Origin: a virus
Length of the DNA: 64,000 nt
Reading direction: 5' to 3' (one strand)
Virus record (IMG/VR): IMGVR_UViG_3300030117_005585
Location: 13,754 to 77,753 of that record
In this document: positions 1 through 9,712 of the stretch, in pieces
Numbering within the stretch: position 1 is the first letter of the stretch
How the letters are laid out: each line of letters starts with the position of its first letter
Made by a program: the position numbers and the translations under genes
The notes under the pieces: model-generated
Seen by the model: only the letters and a program-made list of their open reading frames with translations
Databases searched by the model: none
Told to the model about the DNA's origin: nothing

Positions 1-174
1 ACCACCTTTGTCAGCCATCTTATTGTAAGCAGTTTTTGCCGGATGGTCATCTGGCTGCTTTTTAGCAGCACCTGCAGTCATCTCCTGAGACTCACCCTCT
101 TTGTCTTTATACTTAATGATTTCGTCATCATCAACCTCATTGATACTTTGTGCAATTTCTAATAGTGAAATCAT
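1..174 (-). CDS. Phage hypothetical protein, N-terminal part (runs off window); possible internal head protein
   Basis: Not in ORF track. ATG at 174 overlaps the upstream stop; MISLLEIAQSINEVDDDEII... stays open to position 1. Confidence 0.75.
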   Translation of the reverse strand, partial: MISLLEIAQSINEVDDDEIIKYKDKEGESQEMTAGAAKKQPDDHPAKTAYNKMADKGG

Positions 175-359
175 TAATCTTTCTCCATCATAATTTCTGT
201 TTTAAGACTTTCCAACTGTTCTATCCATTGGTTAAGTCTTCTAATCATGTAATTTTTATCTACATCTTTTTTCTGTATCTCAACCTGCCATCTTTTTAAC
301 AAAGTTGATATACTAAAAAGAGTGTCCATATAGGACTTCTTTTTATCTTCAAACGGCAT
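174..359 (-). CDS. Phage hypothetical protein
   Basis: 61-aa ORF with GGAG RBS, in head gene operon. Confidence 0.7.
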   Translation of the reverse strand: MPFEDKKKSYMDTLFSISTLLKRWQVEIQKKDVDKNYMIRRLNQWIEQLESLKTEIMMEKD

Positions 360-370
360 AGTGACTCCGA

Positions 371-796
371 TTATTGTAACTGCCCTACTTTATTCGCTAG
401 CTTTACTAACCTCTCACTTATTTTGTTTAAAGCCTTATGTGTATTCTTCCAATAAGATTGTGAATTCACATTTAATTCATTTTTAAGACGAACATTCATC
501 TTAACTAGTTTATCTAAATTATTGAGACTATCTCTAATCTCTCTCATAGAACGACCAATTTTTTGTTTAGGAGTCATTGACTCATCATTTCTATAATCGT
601 GATATCTACCTTCATTGACATAATCGTAGCCAGTTGAACCTAAATCTCTTTTCTTTTTCTTCTTTTTATCTTTCTTTGGGTCTGAAAAGGCATAAGGAGT
701 TTGATATCCTGGCACATTAGCCGAAGTAGAAGCTTCCTCTAACTCTTTTTTGATTAACTCTCTGATAATCTCTTTGAGTTTATCCATTTTTGACAT
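371..796 (-). CDS. Conserved phage head-region protein
   Basis: ATG at 796 follows AAGGAG; contains GYQTPYAF motif; lies downstream of portal. Confidence 0.7.
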   Translation of the reverse strand: MSKMDKLKEIIRELIKKELEEASTSANVPGYQTPYAFSDPKKDKKKKKKRDLGSTGYDYVNEGRYHDYRNDESMTPKQKIGRSMREIRDSLNNLDKLVKMNVRLKNELNVNSQSYWKNTHKALNKISERLVKLANKVGQLQ

Positions 797-1643
797 TTTC
801 AAGCTCCTTAACTAATTGATAGTATCTCATTAGCGTAACTACTTGTTTGTCTTCCACAATTCTTCCTTTCATAAGAGTTTCTGCTTGATTAACTGCTTCA
901 TTAAGCTTTATCTTAGTAACTTTATCATTAACTTTAGGTAAAAGTGATTGGAGTTTTGATTTTACCCTAATAGTTTCTGATTCTATAAACTCTTTAAGTG
1001 AATTTGTGTTCGAAATGTTGTTTATGTACTCTTTAAGTAGTTTTTTCTGCTGTTTACTCAAAGAACTGTACTTTTTATTGAATTTTTCAACTAAAATACC
1101 ATAAGCAAGCAATCTTAAATCTTTTTCTTGCTTTTTGTAACCCTCAACAAGTTCTTTATCCTTCTTTTTATTTGTAATTTGTTTTCTTGTGACGTGCTCA
1201 ACAATAGTGTAGCGACTTTCTGTTTCACCAGCTGGATTTGAGTCATAATCGACATCAAATATTTTATATATCGAAGCATTTACTTTATAATTAGGAATTC
1301 TTGACATAAAAAAATCACTCACATTGTAATTCTTTTTGATTTCTTTAATTAAATTGTATTTTTCCCTTTTTAATTGAGAACTATTTAATTTTTGACGAGC
1401 TTTTACGACAGCATCTACTAAATGATTGGCTTTTATTTCAGATGTGTAGTTTTCTGTTGTTAACACTCTATATAATTCGTATTCTTTTCCTAATTGTGTT
1501 TTTTTATTGAAAAATTCTTTTAATATTTTAGCAGCGGCTGCTTTTTCATCGTTATTAAGGACATCAACTGTTATCTGTCTTGTTAACAACTCAAATAAAA
1601 TTCCTGTATTACGAATTTTTGAGTGCTTTGTATTTGAACTCAT
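780..1643 (-). CDS. Conserved phage protein directly downstream of portal
   Basis: KHSKIRNTGILFELL N-terminus; GGAG RBS before ATG 1643; ATATTTATA motif upstream. Confidence 0.7.
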   Translation of the reverse strand: MSSNTKHSKIRNTGILFELLTRQITVDVLNNDEKAAAAKILKEFFNKKTQLGKEYELYRVLTTENYTSEIKANHLVDAVVKARQKLNSSQLKREKYNLIKEIKKNYNVSDFFMSRIPNYKVNASIYKIFDVDYDSNPAGETESRYTIVEHVTRKQITNKKKDKELVEGYKKQEKDLRLLAYGILVEKFNKKYSSLSKQQKKLLKEYINNISNTNSLKEFIESETIRVKSKLQSLLPKVNDKVTKIKLNEAVNQAETLMKGRIVEDKQVVTLMRYYQLVKELENVKNG

Positions 1644-1693
1644 ATTTAACTCCAATCATTTATGTAATTCTTCATATATAAATATATGATTAC

Positions 1694-3511
1694 TTAATTT
1701 TTGTTAGTATTAAGAGAAGAAACTTCTTCTTTATATTCTTTCTCAACTTCTTTTGACTCAGATAGTAATGTTTTTGCTTTACTACCTAAGTGTTTGAACA
1801 GATTTTCGTAGTGATGTGTGGCAGTTGCACCATATGCTGTACTTTTATCATTTGCACCTAGCGGGTCTCTACCTCTGGCACCACTATCTTGTCCATACTT
1901 ATTAGCCTCTTTAGGTCTTCCAGCGCCTGGCTGCCCACCTTCCTCTGAACCACCTTTATCATCTAGCTCATGACCAGTTCTACCCATAGCTAAATCAGAG
2001 GGAGTGCCTTGAGATTGTCCACTTTTTGCGGGGTCATTACCTTCGGCTTCAATCTGTTGCCTTCTAAATTTGTTTTTGTAATCAAAAATTATCTGTTCAT
2101 CATTTTCTTTAATATCATCATCTGTAAAATTAAAGATATTCTTATATATCCATTCAGATGATAATAATCCATCTCTTGTCATAGACTCTGCCAAAGAAGT
2201 TTTTTGATTCCATAGTTCTATTTTTTCTTGTTCATAGATTGTAGATGGATTAGTTAGTTTTAAATCGAAGTTAACAAGTTCTTGATCTCTGTATCCTTGA
2301 GCATACAAATGAACTACAGCAATTTTAGTCAATTCACTAACTACAATTCTCTGTATTCTTTCAATTGTTCTGGCAAATCTAACATCCTCAGCCGCTAGTG
2401 TAGCTTTAGAACCCAATCCTTCTTCATATCCTAAGAAAGCTTTCGGAACACGAAGAGATGCTAACATCTTATTTTTTAAATACTCAATATCATCTACAGC
2501 ATCATAATTTAAACCACTTAGGGATTCAATAGAAGTTCCACTATCTCCACCTCTAACTGGTAAGAAGAAATCCTCTGTAAGATTTTGAATGTTATATCTT
2601 AAATTATAATCACCAGTCTTTTCATCAATGATAGGAGCCTTTTTCATTTTATTAACCACTTGCTGCATGTAGTTATCAACTTCAGCTGGTGGTATATTAC
2701 CAATATCTAATTTAAATATTCTCTTTTCAGGTGCTCTCATAATTCTGTGAATTAACATAGCATCTTCCATAAGCGTCATTTGTTTCCAAACCTTTCTACC
2801 AGCCTCTAACATTGAACGACCATAAGGAACATAATTAGCATCTGACAATAATCTAAAGTGAGCTACCTCATAATTCTCATAAGTTACTTGTTCAGGATTT
2901 GTTGAAGAGTGTCTAGCAGCATCTTGATGAGGAGTCAACATAAACTGAACATTTTGTGAGTTTTCAACATCATGTCCTTCAAGTCTAGCAACATCATAGG
3001 CAGATAATGGTGTAACATTAACCACACCATATTTTTCAGCAACCTCTAATTGTAAAAAGAAATCACCATACTTGTTCATATTACGAATCCAAGGCCATAG
3101 ATTGAATTCTATATTAATAACATCGTAAAACAAATTATGGAGTATGTCATATACATTGTCATTTGTAGTTTCTATAGAAAGAACTTCACCATACTCATTT
3201 TTCATTGTGGATTCATCTGAGTAGATGTCAAGCGCAGAAGCAATTATAGCATCAGAATCCATTGATTCGTAGTCTCTGAATAGTCCTAGCCTTAGTTGCT
3301 GTTGATACAGTTGGTCATTGTATCCAAATTGTTGAGCAGTGCCAATACCACCATATAATTTTTGATATCTGTCTACTAAATTAGTTTGCACATATCCTTG
3401 TAATTTTCCAGTATCTACTACTTTAAGTTTTCTACCACCTATGTTTCTAACAATAGTATTAGTAGAAAACAATCTTTTTAATCTTGAAAATATGTCTTTA
3501 TTATCAGCCAT
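1694..3511 (-). CDS. Portal (head vertex) protein, T4 gp20-like
   Basis: Motifs WKQMTLMEDAMLIHRIMRAPEKRIF, DIGNIP, EDFFLPVRG, EDVRFARTIERIQ. Confidence 0.95.
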   Translation of the reverse strand: MADNKDIFSRLKRLFSTNTIVRNIGGRKLKVVDTGKLQGYVQTNLVDRYQKLYGGIGTAQQFGYNDQLYQQQLRLGLFRDYESMDSDAIIASALDIYSDESTMKNEYGEVLSIETTNDNVYDILHNLFYDVINIEFNLWPWIRNMNKYGDFFLQLEVAEKYGVVNVTPLSAYDVARLEGHDVENSQNVQFMLTPHQDAARHSSTNPEQVTYENYEVAHFRLLSDANYVPYGRSMLEAGRKVWKQMTLMEDAMLIHRIMRAPEKRIFKLDIGNIPPAEVDNYMQQVVNKMKKAPIIDEKTGDYNLRYNIQNLTEDFFLPVRGGDSGTSIESLSGLNYDAVDDIEYLKNKMLASLRVPKAFLGYEEGLGSKATLAAEDVRFARTIERIQRIVVSELTKIAVVHLYAQGYRDQELVNFDLKLTNPSTIYEQEKIELWNQKTSLAESMTRDGLLSSEWIYKNIFNFTDDDIKENDEQIIFDYKNKFRRQQIEAEGNDPAKSGQSQGTPSDLAMGRTGHELDDKGGSEEGGQPGAGRPKEANKYGQDSGARGRDPLGANDKSTAYGATATHHYENLFKHLGSKAKTLLSESKEVEKEYKEEVSSLNTNKN

Positions 3512-3522
3512 TTTTTTACCTC

Positions 3523-5100
3523 TTAGTTAATTAACCAATCTAAACTTTCTTTCTCTCTATTGGGTCCTACTTCCATCTCCCAAGAGTTAGTCTTATTGGT
3601 TGGTTTTTGTGGTATCATCTGTGATGCTACACCACTTAAAGTTCTTTTAGTTAGTTGTATTCCTTCATTTCTCAACCTTAATGCAGTATCTCTTACCCAA
3701 AGAGTCAAAGCAAAACTCATAACTAAGTCATCATTATATCCCTGCATAGCTTCAGCTTTATTATTGTTATATATAAATACAAACAACTCATCAATTAATC
3801 GATTTGAACGAACAATTACCGACTTCTCTCTGAAATATTCCTCTAATTTAGATACAACTAATGGTCTTGTTTTCATTGTCATACTAAATCCTGCAACCAT
3901 ATTCCTATCTGATACTCTGTACTTATTAGACATTTGATGTTCTGTATCAACATACTTCAAATCTTTGCTCATATAAAATAAATTCTCATAACCTCTATCA
4001 ATACATTGTTGTAGAGCAGCCCAACCAATATTGTTATTTTCAACTACTAATAAAGCGTTATTGTATTCTGTGGCAACATTAACACACAAATTACCGAAAT
4101 CTTTTGTAGACATTCTTCCTTTGTACTCTGCTACCTGTTCCATAGACTCTACTTCCATAACGTGAAAAGCAGAGTAATCTGAACCATCACCTCTACTAAC
4201 ATCAGCACTTAGTACATAATCCTTAGTATAGTTTGCTGGTTGCCAAATCCAAAGGTTGCTGTCTATTCCTCTTTTTTCTAAGGGGTCTTGTACTTGTCTT
4301 TCTCTATACTCTTCTAGTATCACACCATCAATTACAGATTGTCCTGAAGTTATAAAGTCACAATCACATTCTTGTGCTGCTAGTGAAGGACCTAAAAGAC
4401 TATTTTGTTCTTCTCTCCATTCATCATTTCTCTCAGGATGTAAATTCCAATGTAATCTTATAAAGTTCCAATCGTTTGTTCCATTTTCAGCACCTTCCCA
4501 AGTTTTATGAAACCAATTTCCAACACCATTAGGTGTAGAGAGTGCAATACATTGTCCACCAGTAGATAACGTCTGTGAAGCAGCAGCCCATATTGGTTCA
4601 ATTTTATCAATAAAAGCAGCCTCATCTAATATTAATAATGATAGAGCTTCTGACCTACCAGCTTCCTCACCACTCGCAACAGCTTTTACCTGAGAACCAT
4701 TTATGTATCTCAACGACAGCTTGTTATCCTCAACACATTTCTGTTTTAACCAACTTGGTAAGTTAGCGTGCATCACTCTTACCTTAGTCACTAAGTTCTT
4801 AGCAGTATCTTGTTTGGTAGCAATCACCAATATGTTTTTGTCACTATGAAAAGTCATCATCCATAAAGAATATCCAGCAGTAAGTGTAGATAATCCTAAC
4901 TGTCTAGCCTTCAATATAATATTGAATCTATGCTCTTCAAATGTTTGTAAAGACTTTTCCTGATATTCATACAAATGAAAAGGAACTTTACCTTTCATTG
5001 GATGCTGTACCACACAATACTTTTTCATAAAGTATACGGGATCTTTAGCACATTTTACATATTCTTTTTTGATGACTTCTTTTAGTGGTGCAGGTTTCAT
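3523..5100 (-). CDS. terL: Terminase large subunit, T4 gp17-like
   Basis: Walker A KARQLGLS, Walker B LLILDEAAF, STPNG, nuclease motifs ADVSRGDGSDYSA and NDDLVMS; probable start ATG 5100 (TAATG overlap). Confidence 0.96.
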   Translation of the reverse strand: MKPAPLKEVIKKEYVKCAKDPVYFMKKYCVVQHPMKGKVPFHLYEYQEKSLQTFEEHRFNIILKARQLGLSTLTAGYSLWMMTFHSDKNILVIATKQDTAKNLVTKVRVMHANLPSWLKQKCVEDNKLSLRYINGSQVKAVASGEEAGRSEALSLLILDEAAFIDKIEPIWAAASQTLSTGGQCIALSTPNGVGNWFHKTWEGAENGTNDWNFIRLHWNLHPERNDEWREEQNSLLGPSLAAQECDCDFITSGQSVIDGVILEEYRERQVQDPLEKRGIDSNLWIWQPANYTKDYVLSADVSRGDGSDYSAFHVMEVESMEQVAEYKGRMSTKDFGNLCVNVATEYNNALLVVENNNIGWAALQQCIDRGYENLFYMSKDLKYVDTEHQMSNKYRVSDRNMVAGFSMTMKTRPLVVSKLEEYFREKSVIVRSNRLIDELFVFIYNNNKAEAMQGYNDDLVMSFALTLWVRDTALRLRNEGIQLTKRTLSGVASQMIPQKPTNKTNSWEMEVGPNREKESLDWLIN

Positions 5101-5510
5101 TATATCTTTCCTAAAATAAATCCTATTCCCAACCAAAGGTATTGATTCTCATACCATTTAGGTTGAAGTGTTTTTATAAGTTCTTCATTTGCCTTATCAC
5201 GTGATTGTAGTAACTGAATCTGTTTACTTTTAGCCGCTGATAAAACAGAATCTACCTTAGAATATTCCTCTAATTCTGTTATTAACTTTTCACCATCGGC
5301 AATAACATTTTTTTGTGACTCTATTAGTGAATCTGCTTTTGCTAATTTACCTTCCCATTGAGCATCACGTGCTTTTAACATTTCTAATGCTTCATCGTAT
5401 GTAAATGAAGTTGGTTTTTCTCCACCCTTTTTAATCTCTTGACTTTCTGCTATTGACATAGCAAAAAATAATATCAAAAAATATTTCAAAATCTTCATAG
5501 CAATCCTCAT
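5100..5510 (-). CDS. Exported coiled-coil protein with hydrophobic C-terminus (possible spanin-like)
   Basis: Signal-peptide-like N-terminus, coiled coil, C-terminal WYENQYLWLGIGFILG. Confidence 0.45.
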   Translation of the reverse strand: MRIAMKILKYFLILFFAMSIAESQEIKKGGEKPTSFTYDEALEMLKARDAQWEGKLAKADSLIESQKNVIADGEKLITELEEYSKVDSVLSAAKSKQIQLLQSRDKANEELIKTLQPKWYENQYLWLGIGFILGKI

Positions 5511-5818
5511 TTATTTTTTGCAAAATTTCTCAGAAAATCTTCAGCTGATTCAACTTCATCATTATCATATGCTTCTTGCATTTTCTGTGTTTTCTTTTTA
5601 CTATTGGTAAGTTTTCTTTTTAAATTACCAACTTCTTTCTTTGAAGCAGTTTTGGCTTCTTCTAATTCTTTAATTTTCTTTTCTACTTTCTTTTCTTCTT
5701 TTTTGTTTTCCTTAATAACCTTTTTAAGTTCTTTTACTTTTTTACTTTTAGTAGCATTAACTGCAAAAAGACCACCAACTAAACCTAAGAATCCAAGTAT
5801 GATTTTCCAAATCTTCAT
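5507..5818 (-). CDS. Membrane-anchored coiled-coil protein (possible inner-membrane spanin-like)
   Basis: N-terminal TM segment followed by a Lys/Glu-rich coiled coil. Confidence 0.45.
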   Translation of the reverse strand: MKIWKIILGFLGLVGGLFAVNATKSKKVKELKKVIKENKKEEKKVEKKIKELEEAKTASKKEVGNLKRKLTNSKKKTQKMQEAYDNDEVESAEDFLRNFAKNK

Positions 5819-6345
5819 TCTTCTTTCTCCAATTGTTCTAAAACTTCTTTGTACTTTTTTAAAGCTTCATCCGCATCATCTTTAAATTTATCCATATCTA
5901 TAGTCCATTTTTCTTTTTCCAATTCAGGATAATTTACACCAACATTATTCAACCACTCAGGTGCTTTAGTTTCTCTCCATTCCTCGATAGCCTGAATTTG
6001 GTCTTTAACAAAAGCTATTTTATTTTCTTTTATTTTGTTTCTTTGCCACTCATCATATGTTCCGGCAATACGCATTTTGTTTTCAATCTCTATCTGACAA
6101 TCAAAACAATGATTGAATTTCATCCAAAATTTGTTATCGAGTCTCTGTTTCATAACTTTCTTACAACTTGGACAAAACCAAGGCATTCTAGCTTCTTTCA
6201 TTACTTCACTTAAATGACTAATCTTATCACCACCCTCTGGATTTTTCCCTTCGTAACCTACCATTACTCTTTTCTCTGGTGTTTCTCCTTTTAACAGTGA
6301 TTTCAATACTTCATTTTGTCTTTCTGATTCTTTACTATATCCCAT
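5815..6345 (-). CDS. Zn-finger-containing phage protein
   Basis: CPSC...CFDC. Confidence 0.65.
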   Translation of the reverse strand: MGYSKESERQNEVLKSLLKGETPEKRVMVGYEGKNPEGGDKISHLSEVMKEARMPWFCPSCKKVMKQRLDNKFWMKFNHCFDCQIEIENKMRIAGTYDEWQRNKIKENKIAFVKDQIQAIEEWRETKAPEWLNNVGVNYPELEKEKWTIDMDKFKDDADEALKKYKEVLEQLEKEE

Positions 6346-6354
6346 AACCTACTC

Positions 6355-9300
6355 CTATACGAACTTTAACATTCCTAATATTTGATTTGCCGGTGCAAAT
6401 GCACCTGTATATTTATACAACTTTCCTTTAAACATAAAAGTTACACCCTCTGTTGGAACCACAGCCTTTAACCCACCTATGGCGTTTAATCTGTCCAACT
6501 GAGTTTTTAGTGTATACAATACTTTTGGGTCTTTAGAAGTTCTTACTTTTGAAATAGCCTTAGCTAAATCACTACGAATTTTTTGAACTGCTTGATTGGG
6601 ATTAGCAGCAATAAAGTCGGATATATTTGACAGAACTTCAGCACCCAACTCAAAGAAAAGAACTTCCCAATCTCTGATATGTTTCTTTTGTAACTTTGCA
6701 TGGTCTAGTTTATCGGTTTTCAAAACCCAATTTAAAAACTTTGGATACTTTTCTAAATCTTTTCTTATCTGTGGAATCTTATATGACTTATCGAAAAATG
6801 CCCACCTTTTTGTAAGTTTAACAAGCACATTGTTTACTGGATTCGGATAATCTGTTTGCTTAGCACCATTGAAGATGTATTCCATCCAATACGCTTGATG
6901 ATAATCGGCTAATGTATCACTGTCATTTAAATCGTACTGACTTTGTAACTTTTTTAATTTATTTAAAAAATAACTTTGTTTATTACTGAAATCTTTTACT
7001 TTAGGTAATTTAGTCAAAAAAGGTCCTGTTACACTGAATGTCTTTTGTACATTTTGATTGATTTGTTTTATCATACCAGCTAAAACTCTGGCACTACCAC
7101 TATCTGAACCAATTGGTGTACCGTTAGCATCGTATTCTATTGTTCCATGAAACTGAAGTAGTGACTTATCATATGGTATTACATTTGATGTCGCTGGATA
7201 GATTATCTCTAATGACATAAACTTCTTACCATTACCAAATATTTTGTCTTTCTGTTTTTCATTCAATCCGCCTATAGCTTTCTGTAAATCAGTCATAGCA
7301 TAAACAAATGCTTTTTCAATATCACCTCTACCACTGAACATACTTTTCACACCATTGATATCTAATGAAGCTGCTCCAAAGTTTTTCAAATGTCCTTTGT
7401 TTCTAGCAGCTCTTAGTTTACCATTCTTCCAAGTAACCATAATGTTTTGCCCATCTGTTTTTTCTGCAACTTGTCCTTCATTGTTTAGTTTACCTTGAAG
7501 TGTATTAATAATTAGTGTTTTAAAATCCCCAAATGTCAAATTTCTGTTATCAAAGGGATGATTTAGGTGTCCATAAGCTCCACCCATAAGTAATAACTCC
7601 TTTTCTTTACTTCTTTGTTTTAATAAACTTTTTGGATTAATTTGTTCAAATAAATCTACATCGTAAGAATCTCCATCAGCACCAGCTGCAAATAGTGTAC
7701 CGATTATATTATCAATAGCAGATTCTGTTCCCATCCAACTAACTACTTCCCAACCTAATGGCTCCACAACACTACTCATCCAAGTTTTGTAATTATTGAC
7801 GGCTTTGTTTGAACCCTTCGCCTGTCCATGATCTAAGTAAGAAAGAGGTACGGATGTGTAGTGTTTTTCGCCTGTCTTTCTTCTTTTATGTACATCATCT
7901 GCTTTTGCAACATTATCTTCGGGTTTGATAATCCCATCTCTGTACATATAATCTATGACTGTCCATCCTGTATCTGAGTATAGGGAATCCAACCACTCTT
8001 TTGATACCTTTTCGTAAGCACCTAAACTTTGATAATATGTAGAAGGCCCATCATCTAAGTTACCAGCAGGTGTGCCTGTTGATTCAATTAAAAATTCTTT
8101 GATTAATTCATCTGACAATGTGTAGGTTTCGAATAACTTTTTAAATTTGTTAGTCATCATATTATAAATGCCCCTATCGAAGTAACCGAAAACATCTCTA
8201 AATCTTTTCTGTCTTTCACTATCATCAACCATTGGACTACCCAATAACTCTCTGGCTTTTGTACCACTAATACTTCCCTGCTGTGGTGCAGTAAGAATGT
8301 ACCCATGTTCATCAAATCCTTTCATATCTGTTGTATACGGTTTGAAATATTTACCACCTAATCTACCCGCATCTTTTTCTCCAACAACATATACAACTGC
8401 CGTAGTCTCAGGGTCATATTTTTTCAATAAGTTTTTTGCTACATACGGAGACTTCTCCATCACAATACGATTTTTCGGTACACCCATTTTAGTCATATGT
8501 CGTACCTTTTCTTTGAAACCCATTGGATGTCTTGGTGGTTGTTTAATATCTGATGTAGTTATAAAAGCATCATCCACTCTACCCTTAAGCCATTTGAATG
8601 TTGCTAGATGACCTTTATGAAATGGTTGGAAACGACCACCATATATACCAATAACTTTTTTTATTTTTTGTTCTTTCAAATTAGACGCACTACTCTCATT
8701 TTCTATAATAGAAGCTACGAAATTTTTACTATACAAGTCAAGTACTTCTTTTATTTTTTTATATCCACTACCATAAGGAACTGAGGTGTTACCTTTTCTC
8801 TTCATCTTCTTTACCATCTTACGACTTGGTGATGGTAGTGTACCGGCAGGTGCTCCAAACTCTTCGTTCTTCTTTTTGGTTTTCTTTTTCATCTTATTGA
8901 TGTATGCTCTATAGACAGCTGCTTGCGAACTTTTACCCATCTCTCTAGCTCTCTGTTCCATAGCGACAGCAGCTTGTATCTTATGTGCGTGTGATTTACC
9001 ACTGCTCTTTATCTTATTTACAGAAGCTCGAGCATCTTTTACTGTGGCAAACTTCAACCCTTTGATAGTACCTTTAGGATTTTCATCTGTGTATAAATCT
9101 GAATGAGATTTTGAACCTCTGTGTTGTCCTTTTTTACGAGGTACGCGTGGAGCTTCATTTACTTTTTTCACCACTCTGAATTTCAATGCAGGTCTGCCAT
9201 TGATAAGTAAGTCACCATTGTCATTGAAATTAATGGTTTTAACCACTACTTTTTTATTCTTAAATCTACCCATAAGAATAGTATCACCTATTTCTACAGG

Positions 9301-9357
9301 TATTTTTATATCTTCTACCAGAAAAGGTTTTGTAAGGTATTTAGTGAGTTTTTTCAT
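6355..9357 (-). CDS. Multidomain protein: cytidylyltransferase-like (HxGH) domain plus C-terminal KxDG ligase/nucleotidyltransferase-like domain
   Basis: IGIYGGRFQPFHKGH, VVGEKD, ISGTKARE; later GHLNHPFD...EKTDGQN. Confidence 0.75.
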   Translation of the reverse strand: MKKLTKYLTKPFLVEDIKIPVEIGDTILMGRFKNKKVVVKTINFNDNGDLLINGRPALKFRVVKKVNEAPRVPRKKGQHRGSKSHSDLYTDENPKGTIKGLKFATVKDARASVNKIKSSGKSHAHKIQAAVAMEQRAREMGKSSQAAVYRAYINKMKKKTKKKNEEFGAPAGTLPSPSRKMVKKMKRKGNTSVPYGSGYKKIKEVLDLYSKNFVASIIENESSASNLKEQKIKKVIGIYGGRFQPFHKGHLATFKWLKGRVDDAFITTSDIKQPPRHPMGFKEKVRHMTKMGVPKNRIVMEKSPYVAKNLLKKYDPETTAVVYVVGEKDAGRLGGKYFKPYTTDMKGFDEHGYILTAPQQGSISGTKARELLGSPMVDDSERQKRFRDVFGYFDRGIYNMMTNKFKKLFETYTLSDELIKEFLIESTGTPAGNLDDGPSTYYQSLGAYEKVSKEWLDSLYSDTGWTVIDYMYRDGIIKPEDNVAKADDVHKRRKTGEKHYTSVPLSYLDHGQAKGSNKAVNNYKTWMSSVVEPLGWEVVSWMGTESAIDNIIGTLFAAGADGDSYDVDLFEQINPKSLLKQRSKEKELLLMGGAYGHLNHPFDNRNLTFGDFKTLIINTLQGKLNNEGQVAEKTDGQNIMVTWKNGKLRAARNKGHLKNFGAASLDINGVKSMFSGRGDIEKAFVYAMTDLQKAIGGLNEKQKDKIFGNGKKFMSLEIIYPATSNVIPYDKSLLQFHGTIEYDANGTPIGSDSGSARVLAGMIKQINQNVQKTFSVTGPFLTKLPKVKDFSNKQSYFLNKLKKLQSQYDLNDSDTLADYHQAYWMEYIFNGAKQTDYPNPVNNVLVKLTKRWAFFDKSYKIPQIRKDLEKYPKFLNWVLKTDKLDHAKLQKKHIRDWEVLFFELGAEVLSNISDFIAANPNQAVQKIRSDLAKAISKVRTSKDPKVLYTLKTQLDRLNAIGGLKAVVPTEGVTFMFKGKLYKYTGAFAPANQILGMLKFV

Positions 9358-9405
9358 ATAATCCTAAATCTATTTATTCAATAATAAATATAAAAAAGTT
9401 ATGTT

Positions 9406-9696
9406 TTAGATTGAACCTGATACTTCTCTTTGATATCTACTTTGATATGAGGAATGATTTACAACCTGTTGAACAAAATCGTCTCTACTCGCGGATATTG
9501 CGGCAATAGAAGAATCATCCATAAGAATGCTTACCCATTCATTTCTCATTCTACTGTAGCAACTCTCAATTTTACCTGTTACTGCGCTTTCCGCCCAATT
9601 CTGTGCGGGATTATTCTCATTGTTGACATCCCATAAATCATATTTTAATATCTCCATATCGGTATCTGATATAGATTGTGATACTATTGTTGCCAT
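9406..9696 (-). CDS. Small protein downstream of tail fibre (fibre-associated or chaperone?)
   Basis: 96 aa, AGGAG RBS, position. Confidence 0.5.
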   Translation of the reverse strand: MATIVSQSISDTDMEILKYDLWDVNNENNPAQNWAESAVTGKIESCYSRMRNEWVSILMDDSSIAAISASRDDFVQQVVNHSSYQSRYQREVSGSI

Positions 9697-9712
9697 TTTT
9701 TTCTCCTTTGAA

